A stretch of 64,000 nucleotides of DNA from an uncultured delta proteobacterium (lineage in GTDB: Bacteria > Desulfobacterota > Binatia > UBA9968). The position numbers were made by a program, and so were the translations under genes. Positions within the stretch are counted from its first letter, which is position 1, and the number at the start of each line of letters is the position of its first letter. The notes beneath the pieces are model-generated. The model searched no databases. It saw nothing but the letters and a program-made list of their open reading frames with translations, and had not been told where the DNA came from. This document shows positions 48,345 to 57,982 of this stretch, one piece after another. The stretch covers positions 224,001-288,000 of the forward strand of contig CAVUZH010000018.1 of assembly GCA_963745835.1 (NCBI GenBank), given 5' to 3'.

Positions 48345-49052
48345 CTAACTCGCGAGGGCTTTTCTGCCTTCTACTCGTTTGAGCTTGCCCACATAATCCA
48401 GTGCCTCGGCGAGCTGGATCACGGTTGCGTACTTGGCATTCATCTCGAACAGGTTCACCAGGTGCGAGGTGCGGGCACGATCGAAAACGCATTCCTCGAC
48501 TATAAAGACCGGATAACCGTAGGAGTAACCGTCGAGCACGGTGCCACGCACGCAGCCGCAGGTGCTGGTTCCAGTGACCAGCAGGCAATCGATGTTCTTG
48601 CGCACCAAGTAGGTGATCAGATGGGTGCCGAAGAACGCGCTGGCGCGGGCTTTGTGGACCACGAACTCGCCTTTTTTCGGTTTGATCATTTCGGGAAATG
48701 CCACGGCCAGCTTTTCGAAATCAGTGGCATCGACACCGCGTTTGGTGGCGTTGCCGAAGGCTGCTTTGAAATCCGGATCGCTGGTCGAATAAATCACCGG
48801 CACGTCAGCATCGCGACAGGCATGGAGCAGCTGTTGAATCTTCGGCAAGGCATCCCAGGCGACTTGGCCGCAGCTGGTGGGAAACTCGTCGATGGCATCC
48901 AGGACGTGCATCGGTTTGGTGCCGGTAAAACCGGTAATGACGTCGATCACCAACAGCGCCGGATTGCGGCCGAAACTGTCCTTGCCTTTATAGCCCGCCT
49001 TCTCGTAAATTTTTCTTTCTTCTTCCGGAATAATCTGTTCCCATTCGCGCAT
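48345..49052 (-). CDS. isochorismatase family cysteine hydrolase (maleamate amidohydrolase-like)
   Basis: PALLVID, K..ASAFFGT, GTSTCGCVRGT; AGGAGG RBS. Confidence 0.88.
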   Translation of the reverse strand: MREWEQIIPEEERKIYEKAGYKGKDSFGRNPALLVIDVITGFTGTKPMHVLDAIDEFPTSCGQVAWDALPKIQQLLHACRDADVPVIYSTSDPDFKAAFGNATKRGVDATDFEKLAVAFPEMIKPKKGEFVVHKARASAFFGTHLITYLVRKNIDCLLVTGTSTCGCVRGTVLDGYSYGYPVFIVEECVFDRARTSHLVNLFEMNAKYATVIQLAEALDYVGKLKRVEGRKALAS

Positions 49053-49074
49053 GATTGCCTCCTTGTAATTACGT

Positions 49075-49231
49075 CTAGGAGGCTGCTGAAAAAGACTCAT
49101 AGACTTCGTTGCGCTCGCCCGACTCGCTTCAACGTACTGAAGCGTACGCCTCAGCTCATCGAACGTCGCGCGCCTTGTCTCTGAGATCTTTTTGAGCAGC
49201 CTCTAATCAAAATCTTTTATCAGGCTGCTAG
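49075..49231. mobile_element. MITE family A, full-length copy flanked by CTAG on both sides
   Basis: CTAG-GAGGCTGCTGAAAAAG...CTTTTTGAGCAGCCTC...CAGGCTG-CTAG. Confidence 0.8.
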
Positions 49232-50226
49232 CGAATCCCTAATGCATCATTGTGCAATCGGGTGATCTCACGCAGGTTCTTATAGCTCTCCGGAACTATA
49301 ACACGCCGTCTAAATCCCTCGAAAAGTTTGGGCGGATCAGGCTTCACATCTTTGCGCGGCCCGATCCGTCTGAAGCCTTTCAGCAATTCCTGTCCCTCTT
49401 TGGAGATCAGGTAGTCGATGAATAACTTGCCGGCATTGGGATGCGCAGCTTTCGCCGATAGCATGGACACGTTTAGTTCCACATTCACCGGCTCCAACGG
49501 TATCCAATCCACGGGCGCGCCGGTTTGCTTCATGCGCTCGATGATTTGCGCATAGACAAATGTCATCGAGCGCTCGCCGATGCTGACAAAATTGGCGCGG
49601 TTGGTATTGCCGCGCAGGAAGACCGGTTCTTGCTTGGCAAGGTCTTTGAAATAATTGATTGCTTTCTCCTGGCCCCATTCCTGACTGAGCCCGTAGAAGA
49701 CATCATGGTTCTCGATATCGATGATAAACTTTTGCCTGTATTGCGGCTTGAGCAAGTCCTCGTAACTCTTGGGAAGATCATTGCGCGAGAGGATCTTGGT
49801 ATTGTAACCGAGCACCAGCGTATTGAGGTAAACCGTGGCCCAATAACCTTTGGAATCGTAAAGATCGTCATAAAGGCTGGGAAACTCCGGCGACAAATAC
49901 GGCGCGATCAAATTTTTCTCGCGCATGGGAACGTAAGAAGGCGAGATTCCCACCGCGACATCGAACTTTTGCGCTCCTGCCTGAGCTTCGGTCATGATCC
50001 GGCTTACCATCGCGGTGCCGCCCAGGCGCACCAGATCGCCGCGGATGAACGGATACTTCTTGGTAAACGCGTCCAGCACGGGTTTGCTGTTCTGGATGTC
50101 CATGGTCGTATAAAACACCAGAGCCGCTTCCTTCTTGGCGCCTTCAATGACGGACGGTTCCGCCCCCAGCGCAAAAGAAACCGAGCACATCGACAGTACT
50201 AAGATCCAAAGCGATCGAGTGAACAT
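49228..50226 (-). CDS. extracellular solute-binding protein
   Basis: EGAKKEAALVFY, FTKKYPFI, AAHPNAGKLF. Confidence 0.85.
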   Translation of the reverse strand: MFTRSLWILVLSMCSVSFALGAEPSVIEGAKKEAALVFYTTMDIQNSKPVLDAFTKKYPFIRGDLVRLGGTAMVSRIMTEAQAGAQKFDVAVGISPSYVPMREKNLIAPYLSPEFPSLYDDLYDSKGYWATVYLNTLVLGYNTKILSRNDLPKSYEDLLKPQYRQKFIIDIENHDVFYGLSQEWGQEKAINYFKDLAKQEPVFLRGNTNRANFVSIGERSMTFVYAQIIERMKQTGAPVDWIPLEPVNVELNVSMLSAKAAHPNAGKLFIDYLISKEGQELLKGFRRIGPRKDVKPDPPKLFEGFRRRVIVPESYKNLREITRLHNDALGIR

Positions 50227-50273
50227 GATTCCTTGCCTCGAGCCTTCGACATTATTTAGCGTTCGTTTAAACA

Positions 50274-51341
50274 TCAAGGGGAATAGGTTTTGTCTCCACG
50301 TCGGGTCATGAATAGATCCAATGGCAATTCGGAACCGATGCCTTTTTCACGGGCTTTTTCATACATCTTTCTTGCCGTGGCGGCGAATTGAATGCCCATG
50401 CCGGTGTTGTTCTTGAAAAGTGTGATCTCCTTGTCGTCGATACGCCCTCGGCACTTGCCGTTTAACAGATCACCGAGCTCGTGCAGATCATCGGCTTTGA
50501 CCATGCCGCGTTCCAGGCGTTCGTGAAACTCTGCCTGCTTGTCGATAAATATTTGCGGCTTGTAACCGACAACGATCAGTGCGGCCCTGGTAATCACGTC
50601 ATCATCCAGTTCTTTGCGCGGCAGAAAGCCGTCGCCGCCGACCAGGCTGGTGATATGCATGCCATCTTCCAGCCAGCGGCCCTGAACCACGGGATCAACG
50701 GTGTTCGTCGCAGCGCTCACAATATCGCTGCCGCGCACGGCTTCTTCGGCGCTAGCTACTGGCACCACCTCGATGCCGGTGTTCCCGCTCATCTCCCGGG
50801 CGAACTTCTCACGATTTTCTTTGGTCGGGCTGTAGACTTTGACTTTATTCAGAGGACGAATCGCCAGATGCGCGGTGACCTGAGTTTTTGCTTGCTCACC
50901 GGAACCCAACAGCCCCATGATCTTTGAGTCCTTGCGAGCCAGGTACTTGCTTGCGACGGCGCTCGTCGCAGCCACGCGCATCGCGGAAATATGATGATCG
51001 TCCATGATCGCCAGCAATTCGCAAGTGTCCATATCGAATAACATCACCAGCCCGATAAAATCGCCGGGGTAAATGCGCCGTTTGGCGCCATCGATCTGGA
51101 CTTCTTTGGAGAAGCTGGAATCGATGCGCAACGCCATGGATTTAACTCCCGGCACCAGGCCCATGATGTTGTTAAAATAATACTGCCCGCCCTCCTCTTT
51201 CCATGGCGTTCGCAGTCGCGCGCGCGGCGCATTCATTGCTTGGCCCGCGCCAAGCTCACGGAAAGCCTCCTCGATGGCATCGATCTCTTCCGCCATCGGC
51301 AGGAGATCTTCCATTTGTTCATTTTTAAGAACCAGAACCAT
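50274..51341 (-). CDS. ornithine cyclodeaminase/mu-crystallin family
   Basis: MRVAATS, LGSGEQA, ITLFKN..GMGIQ. Confidence 0.88.
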   Translation of the reverse strand: MVLVLKNEQMEDLLPMAEEIDAIEEAFRELGAGQAMNAPRARLRTPWKEEGGQYYFNNIMGLVPGVKSMALRIDSSFSKEVQIDGAKRRIYPGDFIGLVMLFDMDTCELLAIMDDHHISAMRVAATSAVASKYLARKDSKIMGLLGSGEQAKTQVTAHLAIRPLNKVKVYSPTKENREKFAREMSGNTGIEVVPVASAEEAVRGSDIVSAATNTVDPVVQGRWLEDGMHITSLVGGDGFLPRKELDDDVITRAALIVVGYKPQIFIDKQAEFHERLERGMVKADDLHELGDLLNGKCRGRIDDKEITLFKNNTGMGIQFAATARKMYEKAREKGIGSELPLDLFMTRRGDKTYSP

Positions 51342-51388
51342 GCGCCAATCTCCTTTTATACTACCAGCGTAATGAAAAGCTCTGATTA

Positions 51389-51514
51389 CAGGCTGTTCAA
51401 AAAAATCTCAGAGGCGAGACGCGCGAAAATCGACGAGTGCAGGCGTACTTACGTAGTACGTTGGAGCGAGACGATTGAGCGCAACGAAGCCTATGCGGCT
51501 TTTTCAGCAGCCTG
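51389..51514. mobile_element. MITE family A copy (inverted orientation)
   Basis: CAGGCTGTTCAAAAA...GCAACGAAGC...TTTTTCAGCAGCCTG. Confidence 0.8.
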
Positions 51515-51749
51515 TGACTTCTGCCTGCGTACAACAGATAAAGGAACCGAGTCAAGGCGCGCGCAGCATGAATTATTTTCTGATTGGTTTAGCGACGTCG
51601 CGATACGATCATCGGTATGCGCTTTGAGCGGTAAGCAGCCGCTAGCGAACGCAGCCCGTTCACTTTGATGTAGATCATCAGTACAAAGCGACCGAGCTAA
51701 TGAGAACCACTAGAGCAGGCCGAGAGGCAGTTAGAATTTTCGCGGCATT

Positions 51750-51777
51750 AAAAAAGGGCTGAGAATCCTCAGCCCTT
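51750..51777 (-). terminator. intrinsic terminator of the ferredoxin gene
   Basis: AAAAAAGGGCTGAG-AATC-CTCAGCCCTT. Confidence 0.85.
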
Positions 51778-51810
51778 GGGAAGGTTCGGAAGTAAAATGA
51801 AGATCGGGCG

Positions 51811-52083
51811 CTAGCCTTTTTTCGCCTTGAACCAGTCGGCGTCGATCTTGATGAAGTGCTTCCACTTATCCGGAGTCGCCGCCTCCTCAAAAATTGCTTC
51901 TACCGGGCAAACGGGCTCACAAGCGCCGCAGTCAATACATTCTTCAGGATCGATGTAGAGCTTATTTTCTTTTTCGAACTCCTCAGCCTCATTTTTCGTG
52001 GGATGAATGCAATCCACCGGACAAACGTCGACACACGCAGTATCTTTGGTGTCGATACAGGGTTCAGCAATGATATAGGTCAT
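51811..52083 (-). CDS. ferredoxin (FdxA-type dicluster)
   Basis: CIDTKDTACVDVCPVDC and CIDCGACEPVCP. Confidence 0.92.
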   Translation of the reverse strand: MTYIIAEPCIDTKDTACVDVCPVDCIHPTKNEAEEFEKENKLYIDPEECIDCGACEPVCPVEAIFEEAATPDKWKHFIKIDADWFKAKKG

Positions 52084-52376
52084 CTATTTTTCCTCTCCTA
52101 AAAATGAAGTGACTTTAGTCTAGTAGCAAATCGAATTATCCAAGTCAATTAAGCAATTTAGCCAGATCGCCGCGGGTGCCTTCTCATCAGTCTGGGTAGG
52201 GGGAAAAAAGGTCTGACGGTTTTCGTTGCGCGTCCACAAAGGACATCCGAAAGGGATTACGGAACAAAAAAGCACTAATCGGTCGGGATCCGGCGTGACC
52301 GATGAGCGCTATGCTAGTTGACCGGTAAGAGCCCCAAGTGTTAGACAAGAAGATCTTTCCCTCAAGGAGTGTGATC

Positions 52377-52778
52377 ATGGCAAAACTCCGGCATCTTGCG
52401 ATCTTGACCCATCAACCGGAAAAACTCGCGGACTTCTATAAGAAAGTTTTTGAGCTAAAAGAAATGTACCGCACCAAAAACGGCTCGGTGCATCTCTCAG
52501 ACGGTGAAGTGAACCTGGCGATTTTGAACGCGACTGATCCGAAAGAGCCGGGTCACGCCGCCGGCATGTATCATTTTGGCTTTCATGTCGATGATGCCGA
52601 AGTCGTTGCGCAACGTATTCAAGAGCTTTACCCGGAGGGCGCTCCCAAAGCGAGGCCAAAGGGAACCAGCTACGCGGAAACTCGCGGTTCGGATCCCGAT
52701 GGCAACCTGTTCGATATCTCCACTTGGGGATGGGGTGAAAAACTGTTGCCCAAAGAAAAAGGCGGACCCGGCGCTTGA
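52377..52778 (+). CDS. VOC family protein
   Basis: AAGGAG RBS; KLRHLAI, YHFGF, DPDGNLFDI. Confidence 0.85.
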   Translation: MAKLRHLAILTHQPEKLADFYKKVFELKEMYRTKNGSVHLSDGEVNLAILNATDPKEPGHAAGMYHFGFHVDDAEVVAQRIQELYPEGAPKARPKGTSYAETRGSDPDGNLFDISTWGWGEKLLPKEKGGPGA

Positions 52779-52915
52779 TGCCAACCAAAGTTCGACGATC
52801 AATCGCGCCCATCAGGGAACATGCGCCGGACAAGCAAGACGGTCGGTTGCGTTAGGGCGGTCAACGGCACTCCTAAAAGCATTAACGCACTACCTTGCCT
52901 GCAGACCACGCCACG

Positions 52916-53365
52916 ATGGTCATCGAGTTCGCCCGCCGAGGCGCCGGCAGGGAATTTCCCACCGCAAATCTCAAGAAAATTGCCGCCGCAATCTTGACAG
53001 CCCTTGAACAGCGCGAGTCGGAACTCAGTGTGGCTCTGGTAGGCGACCGGGAAATGCGCCCGCTCAACGCCAAGTACCGCAAGGAAAACAAGACCACAGA
53101 CGTACTTTCATTTCCGGCTGATCCTGCGCTGCCTGCACAAGCGGGCTTGCTCGGGGATGTCATCATTTCCGTCGAGCAAGCCAAGCGTCAGGCCAGAGAC
53201 CGTAAAACATCGCTAGAAATAGAAATGGTCACTTTGTTGATTCACGGGGTTCTTCATCTTTTGGGCTATGATCACGAACGTTCGCAGCGACAGGCAAAGA
53301 TTATGGCGACCCTCGAGCAAAAAATCCTAAGTCACCTTTGTGAGCGCGGCCTAATCAAGCTATAA
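52916..53365 (+). CDS. ybeY: rRNA maturation RNase YbeY
   Basis: LNAKYR, TDVLSF, LGDVII, HGVLHLLGYDH. Confidence 0.95.
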   Translation: MVIEFARRGAGREFPTANLKKIAAAILTALEQRESELSVALVGDREMRPLNAKYRKENKTTDVLSFPADPALPAQAGLLGDVIISVEQAKRQARDRKTSLEIEMVTLLIHGVLHLLGYDHERSQRQAKIMATLEQKILSHLCERGLIKL

Positions 53366-53377
53366 TTCAAAGTCGAG

Positions 53378-53549
53378 CAGGCTGTCTAAAAGCATAGGCT
53401 TGGTTGCGCTTGATTGCGCTCACCTAGAGTTCGTGTTTCGTGTTCGTGCTCGTTCGAAATTCTCGCTCACGTTTTTCACGGACAGGATCACGAGTATTCC
53501 GCCTCTGAGTCCTTTGAGCAGCCGGCAATCAGAGTTTTTCAGCAATCTG
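53378..53549. mobile_element. MITE family A, degenerate copy with a TTCGTG-repeat insertion
   Basis: CAGGCTGTCTAAAAG...CTCTGAGTCCTTTGAGCAGCC...AATCAGAGTTTTTCAGCA. Confidence 0.65.
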
Positions 53550-53605
53550 ACAGCGCAGATGCAGAATTCCGGAATCAGTATTTAGCCGACCAAGGGCGAG
53601 GGCCG

Positions 53606-54716
53606 ATGTTAGAAGAAACCAAAGAGCAATTGGTGCAACTGGAACAAAGACTCGATAAGCTTCGGAGGCGTCTTTGACGTCGAAAGCAAACAGAAGCGTC
53701 TCGAGGAACTAACTCAAATCACTTCCCAGCCTGATTTCTGGAACGACGCCGACAAAGCTCAGACGATATTCAAAGAGCAGTCCTTTCTTAAAACTGTCAT
53801 AGAAAATTGGGAGAAACACCGAACGGGCCTCGAAGAGGCTCGTTTTTTTCTTGACCTTGCCGGCGAAGGGGAGGGCGACGAGGCTTTGCAAGAAGCGGCA
53901 GCCAAAGTCGCAGAAGTAACTCAGGGAATGGCTGAGACCGAGCTCGCGCAGATCCTTGGCGGTGCCGATGATCGGCGCAATGCGATCGTCACGCTTCATC
54001 CTGGCGCCGGCGGCACCGAGGCTCAGGATTGGGCGGAAATCTTGCTGCGCATGTATTTCCGCTGGGCCGATCGCCGTGGCTACCGCAAGGAAATTCTCGA
54101 ATACCAACCAGGCGAAGAAGCAGGTTTAAAGAGCGTCACCTTCAGTGTCGAAGGCGACTACGCCTACGGCTACCTGAAAGCGGAAGCCGGCATTCACCGG
54201 CTGGTGCGAATCTCCCCTTTTGACGCCAATTCGCGGCGTCATACTTCATTTGCTTCGGTGTTCGTCTATCCGGAAGTGGATGACACCATCAAAGTGGAAG
54301 TTGACGAAGCCGATTTGCGTGTCGACACTTACCGCTCCAGCGGCGCTGGCGGGCAGCACGTCAATAAAACCGATTCCGCCGTGCGCCTCACCCATCTCCC
54401 CACCGGCATTGTGGTCGCGTGTCAGAACGAACGCTCGCAGCACAAGAACCGGGCGATGGCCATGAAGATATTAAAATCTCGGCTTTACGAATTGGAGCTC
54501 GAGAAGCAAAAAGAAAAAATGGATACCTTGCACAAGACTAAAAAGGATAACGCCTGGGGCAGCCAGATCAGGTCCTATGTGCTGCATCCTTACCGGTTGG
54601 TTAAAGATCATCGCACCAATATCGAAATCGGCAACGCCGATGCGGTGCTCGACGGCGATATCGATCCATTTATTCAAGCCTACTTACTGCACGACAGTGA
54701 TTCGCCGGCCGCTTGA
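53606..54716 (+). CDS. prfB: peptide chain release factor 2 with programmed +1 frameshift
   Basis: GGAGG-CGT-CTT-TGA-C at 53664-53678; SPF and GGQ motifs. Confidence 0.96.
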
Positions 54717-55172
54717 GTTCCCACTGATATCTAACGGTGACGAACGCCGAAGGCGGGTTATCACGGCAACCATCTGTTTACTTCGGCTGTAATTTTCTCT
54801 TCTTGAAGAACTGAATATGGCTCAGCGCGTCGGACCGGCGAAGTGAAAGCTGTTTACGAGAACACGCTCGCCGGAGTTCGACTATCGGTACTGTAGAGGA
54901 GAGGGAATAAGCTTCCTCCGAGCGTGAGAATCTTCGGCCTCTGTTCGCCGCTGCTTGAAGCTCACGTCGGTTTTGACATAGGTATTTATCGATCGGGTGC
55001 CGGGGTGGGCGGCGCGAAGAAGACTCATCGCGACGCAGATAGCCCGCACTGAGCACAACAATTCGGCTTTGAATAGCGGAACCAATGCACGGCATTTGCG
55101 AACTAGAAATCATCTTTGACAGAATAGCGAGGATTATTTTATGCGCGGAATAACTCCAAGACGGGAACAAGG

Positions 55173-56046
55173 CATGGCCGATCCGGTCTTGGCCGAAATG
55201 GTTCATGCCACGGGGGCAACCGAGTCACGCCACTTTGCGGCGGTGAAACCGGTCATTCAAGCTTATCGCGCCAGTTGGGTTAAACTGGCGCCCTATCGTG
55301 ATGGTCCGGTGAATTCGCAGCGGGTGACAGTCAGCGATCCGGCGGCGATGACCGCGCAGATCAAGAGCAAGGCAAAGGAACTGGGCACCGACATGGTTGG
55401 CGTCTGCCGCTTGCAGCCGCATATGATCGATCTCGGCTCGGAGGTGGTCCATGAGTTCGTGATCGCCTGCTGCGTCGCGGAAGATTATGAAAAAGTTATT
55501 CACGGGCCGGATGCGGTCGAGGAAGAAGCGATGCGGACATACGCCAAGTGCACAGAGATCGCTACGGCGCTAGCCGCCTACATACGCCAGATCGGATATC
55601 CCGCGATCGCGCACCACAATGGCGCCAGCGAAGTTCAGGCGATTCCGATTTTCTACCAGGTGGGATTCGGCGAGCTCGGGCGCCATGGCAGTTTGATCAA
55701 CGAAGAATTCGGCGCAAGCTTTCGGCCGGGATTCGTGACCACCGACTTGCCGCTGGTGGAAGATCAGCCGCGCGAGTTTGGCGTTCAGGACTTCTGCATG
55801 CACTGCAATGTATGCCAGCGCAACTGTCCCGGCGATGCAATCCCCCAGGATCACGTGATGACGCATGGTATCAAGCGTTGGCTGATCGATCTAGAAAAAT
55901 GCTACCCATACTCCCGGCTGCGCGACGAGTATTGTCATCTGTGCGTCGATGTCTGCCCGTACATCGTGAAGTCGCATCCGGAAACCTATAAAACGTTCAT
56001 GAAAGAGCGCAAGCAAGTGGGCTACAAAACGCCGAAGACTTATTAA
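55173..56046 (+). CDS. reductive dehalogenase-like cobalamin/2x[4Fe-4S] protein
   Basis: AKELGTDMVG, GFGELGRHGSLI, VTTDLPL, FCMHCNVCQRNCP, KC...CHLCVDVCP; start 55141 or 55173. Confidence 0.75.
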
Positions 56047-56052
56047 ATCTTC

Positions 56053-56262
56053 ATGGAAAAACTTTACGTCAACGAGATCCGTCCGGATGGCGCAGTGAGC
56101 ACCGTTGGGCTGTTCTATTCGCGAGCGGAGGCTGAGAAGATCGTCGTCATGCTGCGCGATATTCCCGAGCAGGCTGCCTGCCGCTACGAAATCGTTCAAG
56201 CGGTGCGTCATGTGTTAGCCGAGAAGGGCGCGCGGCGAGCACAGACCCCGCCGGAGGAGTGA
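56053..56262 (+). CDS. hypothetical protein
   Basis: 69-aa ORF 6 nt after the previous stop codon, same strand. Confidence 0.55.
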   Translation: MEKLYVNEIRPDGAVSTVGLFYSRAEAEKIVVMLRDIPEQAACRYEIVQAVRHVLAEKGARRAQTPPEE

Positions 56263-56264
56263 TC

Positions 56265-56354
56265 ATGCCCTATATCAAAACGATTCTACCGTCAGAGGCG
56301 ACTGGCAAGCTCAAGAAAATCTATGAATCCGGCGCCGGACCATCGGCGGGGTGA
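56265..56354 (+). pseudogene. N-terminal remnant of an AhpD/peroxidase-related protein
   Basis: GGAGGAG RBS; MPYIKTILPSEATGKLKKIYE, then stop after 29 aa. Confidence 0.5.
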
Positions 56355-56367
56355 TTCCGTGACGAGC

Positions 56368-57180
56368 TTAACTTGGCCTGGATTTTTCTCTCGCGAGAGC
56401 CAGCAACTCATCCATGGGCATCTCGGACGCGAGGATGCAGATCACATCGCCCTCGCGGTGGAGAACGGCATTGATCCCCGCCCGCGAGAAGGCATAAAGA
56501 TTCATGTTCATATCCGGATCAAAAAACTTCGCTGCGTTGGCCGGAGCATCCGCTTCGGATCCGAGGAAGGTGTAGCACAACAGCGAACCTCCTTCGCCCT
56601 GATAGATCGCGACCAGGATCTTGCGTCCGTCAATTTCCCGGACGACGCCCGCAACCGGTCTCATATTCATCGCCGAGAGATCGTATCCCATGGGGTGGAA
56701 GCGTCCATCCACCGCTTGAGTCAGCCGTCTAACAATATCATCGCTGTTTGACGTGCGATCGAAAGGCAGTTTGCCCTGCCTGAACGAATCGTAAGTTTCG
56801 AAAGCAGCCAAGGCGACAGGCTGAGAGATCCGATTGGATAAATAGTAGGTCGGAAGAATCAGTAGCACCAGAAAAGCTAGCGCCAACCCGGCCTGGTAAA
56901 CAGGAGAGCGGTGCCATAGGTTTTCTAACCATCGTCGCGCCAATACTCTGTTCTCAGGAAAGATTCGCCGGTCCGTAAGGATCCTGCTGCGCAACAGCGC
57001 AGGCGCATGCATGCGCTCGCCGGTTTGGCGTATGTTTCGCTTCAGAGCAAGCTCATCTTCAAACGCCAGCCGGCAGCCGGAGCACTCATCCATGTGAGCT
57101 TTCAGTGACGATCGCTCTGCCTGATCCAGTTCTTGATCCACCAGCGCGGTAATCAGTTCTTGTGCTTCGTCGCAGTTCAT
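56368..57180 (-). CDS. zf-HC2 (ZAS) transmembrane anti-sigma factor
   Basis: MNC...HMDECSGC (HxxxCxxC), one TM helix, periplasmic domain. Confidence 0.85.
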   Translation of the reverse strand: MNCDEAQELITALVDQELDQAERSSLKAHMDECSGCRLAFEDELALKRNIRQTGERMHAPALLRSRILTDRRIFPENRVLARRWLENLWHRSPVYQAGLALAFLVLLILPTYYLSNRISQPVALAAFETYDSFRQGKLPFDRTSNSDDIVRRLTQAVDGRFHPMGYDLSAMNMRPVAGVVREIDGRKILVAIYQGEGGSLLCYTFLGSEADAPANAAKFFDPDMNMNLYAFSRAGINAVLHREGDVICILASEMPMDELLALAREKSRPS

Positions 57181-57181
57181 T

Positions 57182-57751
57182 TCACTTGAGTTTTTCTTGT
57201 TCCCCGACAACATACGCTCTCAGGAATTTTCGCATTAGTTTTCTTCCCCGAGAGAGCCGCGAGCGGACCGTGCCGATAGGGCATGACATTATCAGCGCAG
57301 CCTCTTCGTAGGAGAAATCGCCGACATCCACCAAAACAATCGGTGTGCGAAACTCCTCCGGGATTTTCTTCAGAACCGCGCTGATTTGATCGTCGAGTTC
57401 CCGGGTCAAAACGGTGCGCTCCGGTCCGGGATTCTGCGCTGCGAGACCCTCCCAATAGTCGGCTTGCGGCTCCGCTAATTCTTCTGTGGAGACCCATCGT
57501 TGCTTGCGGCGGGTATGATCGAAAAAAAAGTTGCGCAGGATCGTTGTCAGCCATGCTTTCATATTGCTTGCCGGCTCGAACTGTTCGTAAGCAGCAAGCG
57601 CGCGCGCAAACGTTTCCTGCACTAGATCCTCGGCGTCCGATTCGTTCTTTGTCAGAAAAAACGCCACCCGATACAAATGATCGAGGTGAACCATGGCCTC
57701 ACTTGCAACAGCATCCCGCTTGGCGCCTCCTGTTTTCCGGTCCCCGGACAC
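57182..57751 (-). CDS. ECF sigma-70 factor (SigR/SigH-like)
   Basis: DAEDLVQETF, KAWL..I.RN, SYEEAA..M.CPIGTVRSRLSRGR. Confidence 0.92.
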   Translation of the reverse strand: MSGDRKTGGAKRDAVASEAMVHLDHLYRVAFFLTKNESDAEDLVQETFARALAAYEQFEPASNMKAWLTTILRNFFFDHTRRKQRWVSTEELAEPQADYWEGLAAQNPGPERTVLTRELDDQISAVLKKIPEEFRTPIVLVDVGDFSYEEAALIMSCPIGTVRSRLSRGRKLMRKFLRAYVVGEQEKLK

Positions 57752-57896
57752 GCGGGCATTCTATAGATCAGTCACTGTCTAAACAACATAACGTTTTACC
57801 GGGTTTCGAGTTCCCGATGATGCTCGGACCGTGGCCGACGTCCGTCGCCACTTCAGTTACGTCTGGAGCTATTTCTTGTACACGGCGTTGTAAGTG

Positions 57897-57921
57897 GGAA
57901 CTTTTTGCTTCCTCGCCAGTT
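57897..57921 (+). promoter_or_regulatory. candidate ECF (SigR/SigH-type) promoter
   Basis: GGAAC-N17-GTT about 60 nt upstream of ATG 57983. Confidence 0.55.
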
Positions 57922-57982
57922 TCAACAGGTACGAAAGCTTCGATATCCGAAGCCGGTAAACAACCGAGGAGGGAGAATAGTC

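Noticed and set aside
48153-49184. Long antisense ORFs (also 25649-26515, 31598-32551, 63233-63994)
   Set aside because: Shadows of well-supported genes on the opposite strand in GC-rich DNA
52180-52340. Possible riboswitch (CCGAAAGG tetraloop hairpin)
   Set aside because: Lacks the remaining c-di-GMP or other aptamer consensus
54778-55140. Minus-strand ORF, or a cobalamin riboswitch upstream of the Rdh-like gene
   Set aside because: No recognisable protein family and no B12-box consensus seen
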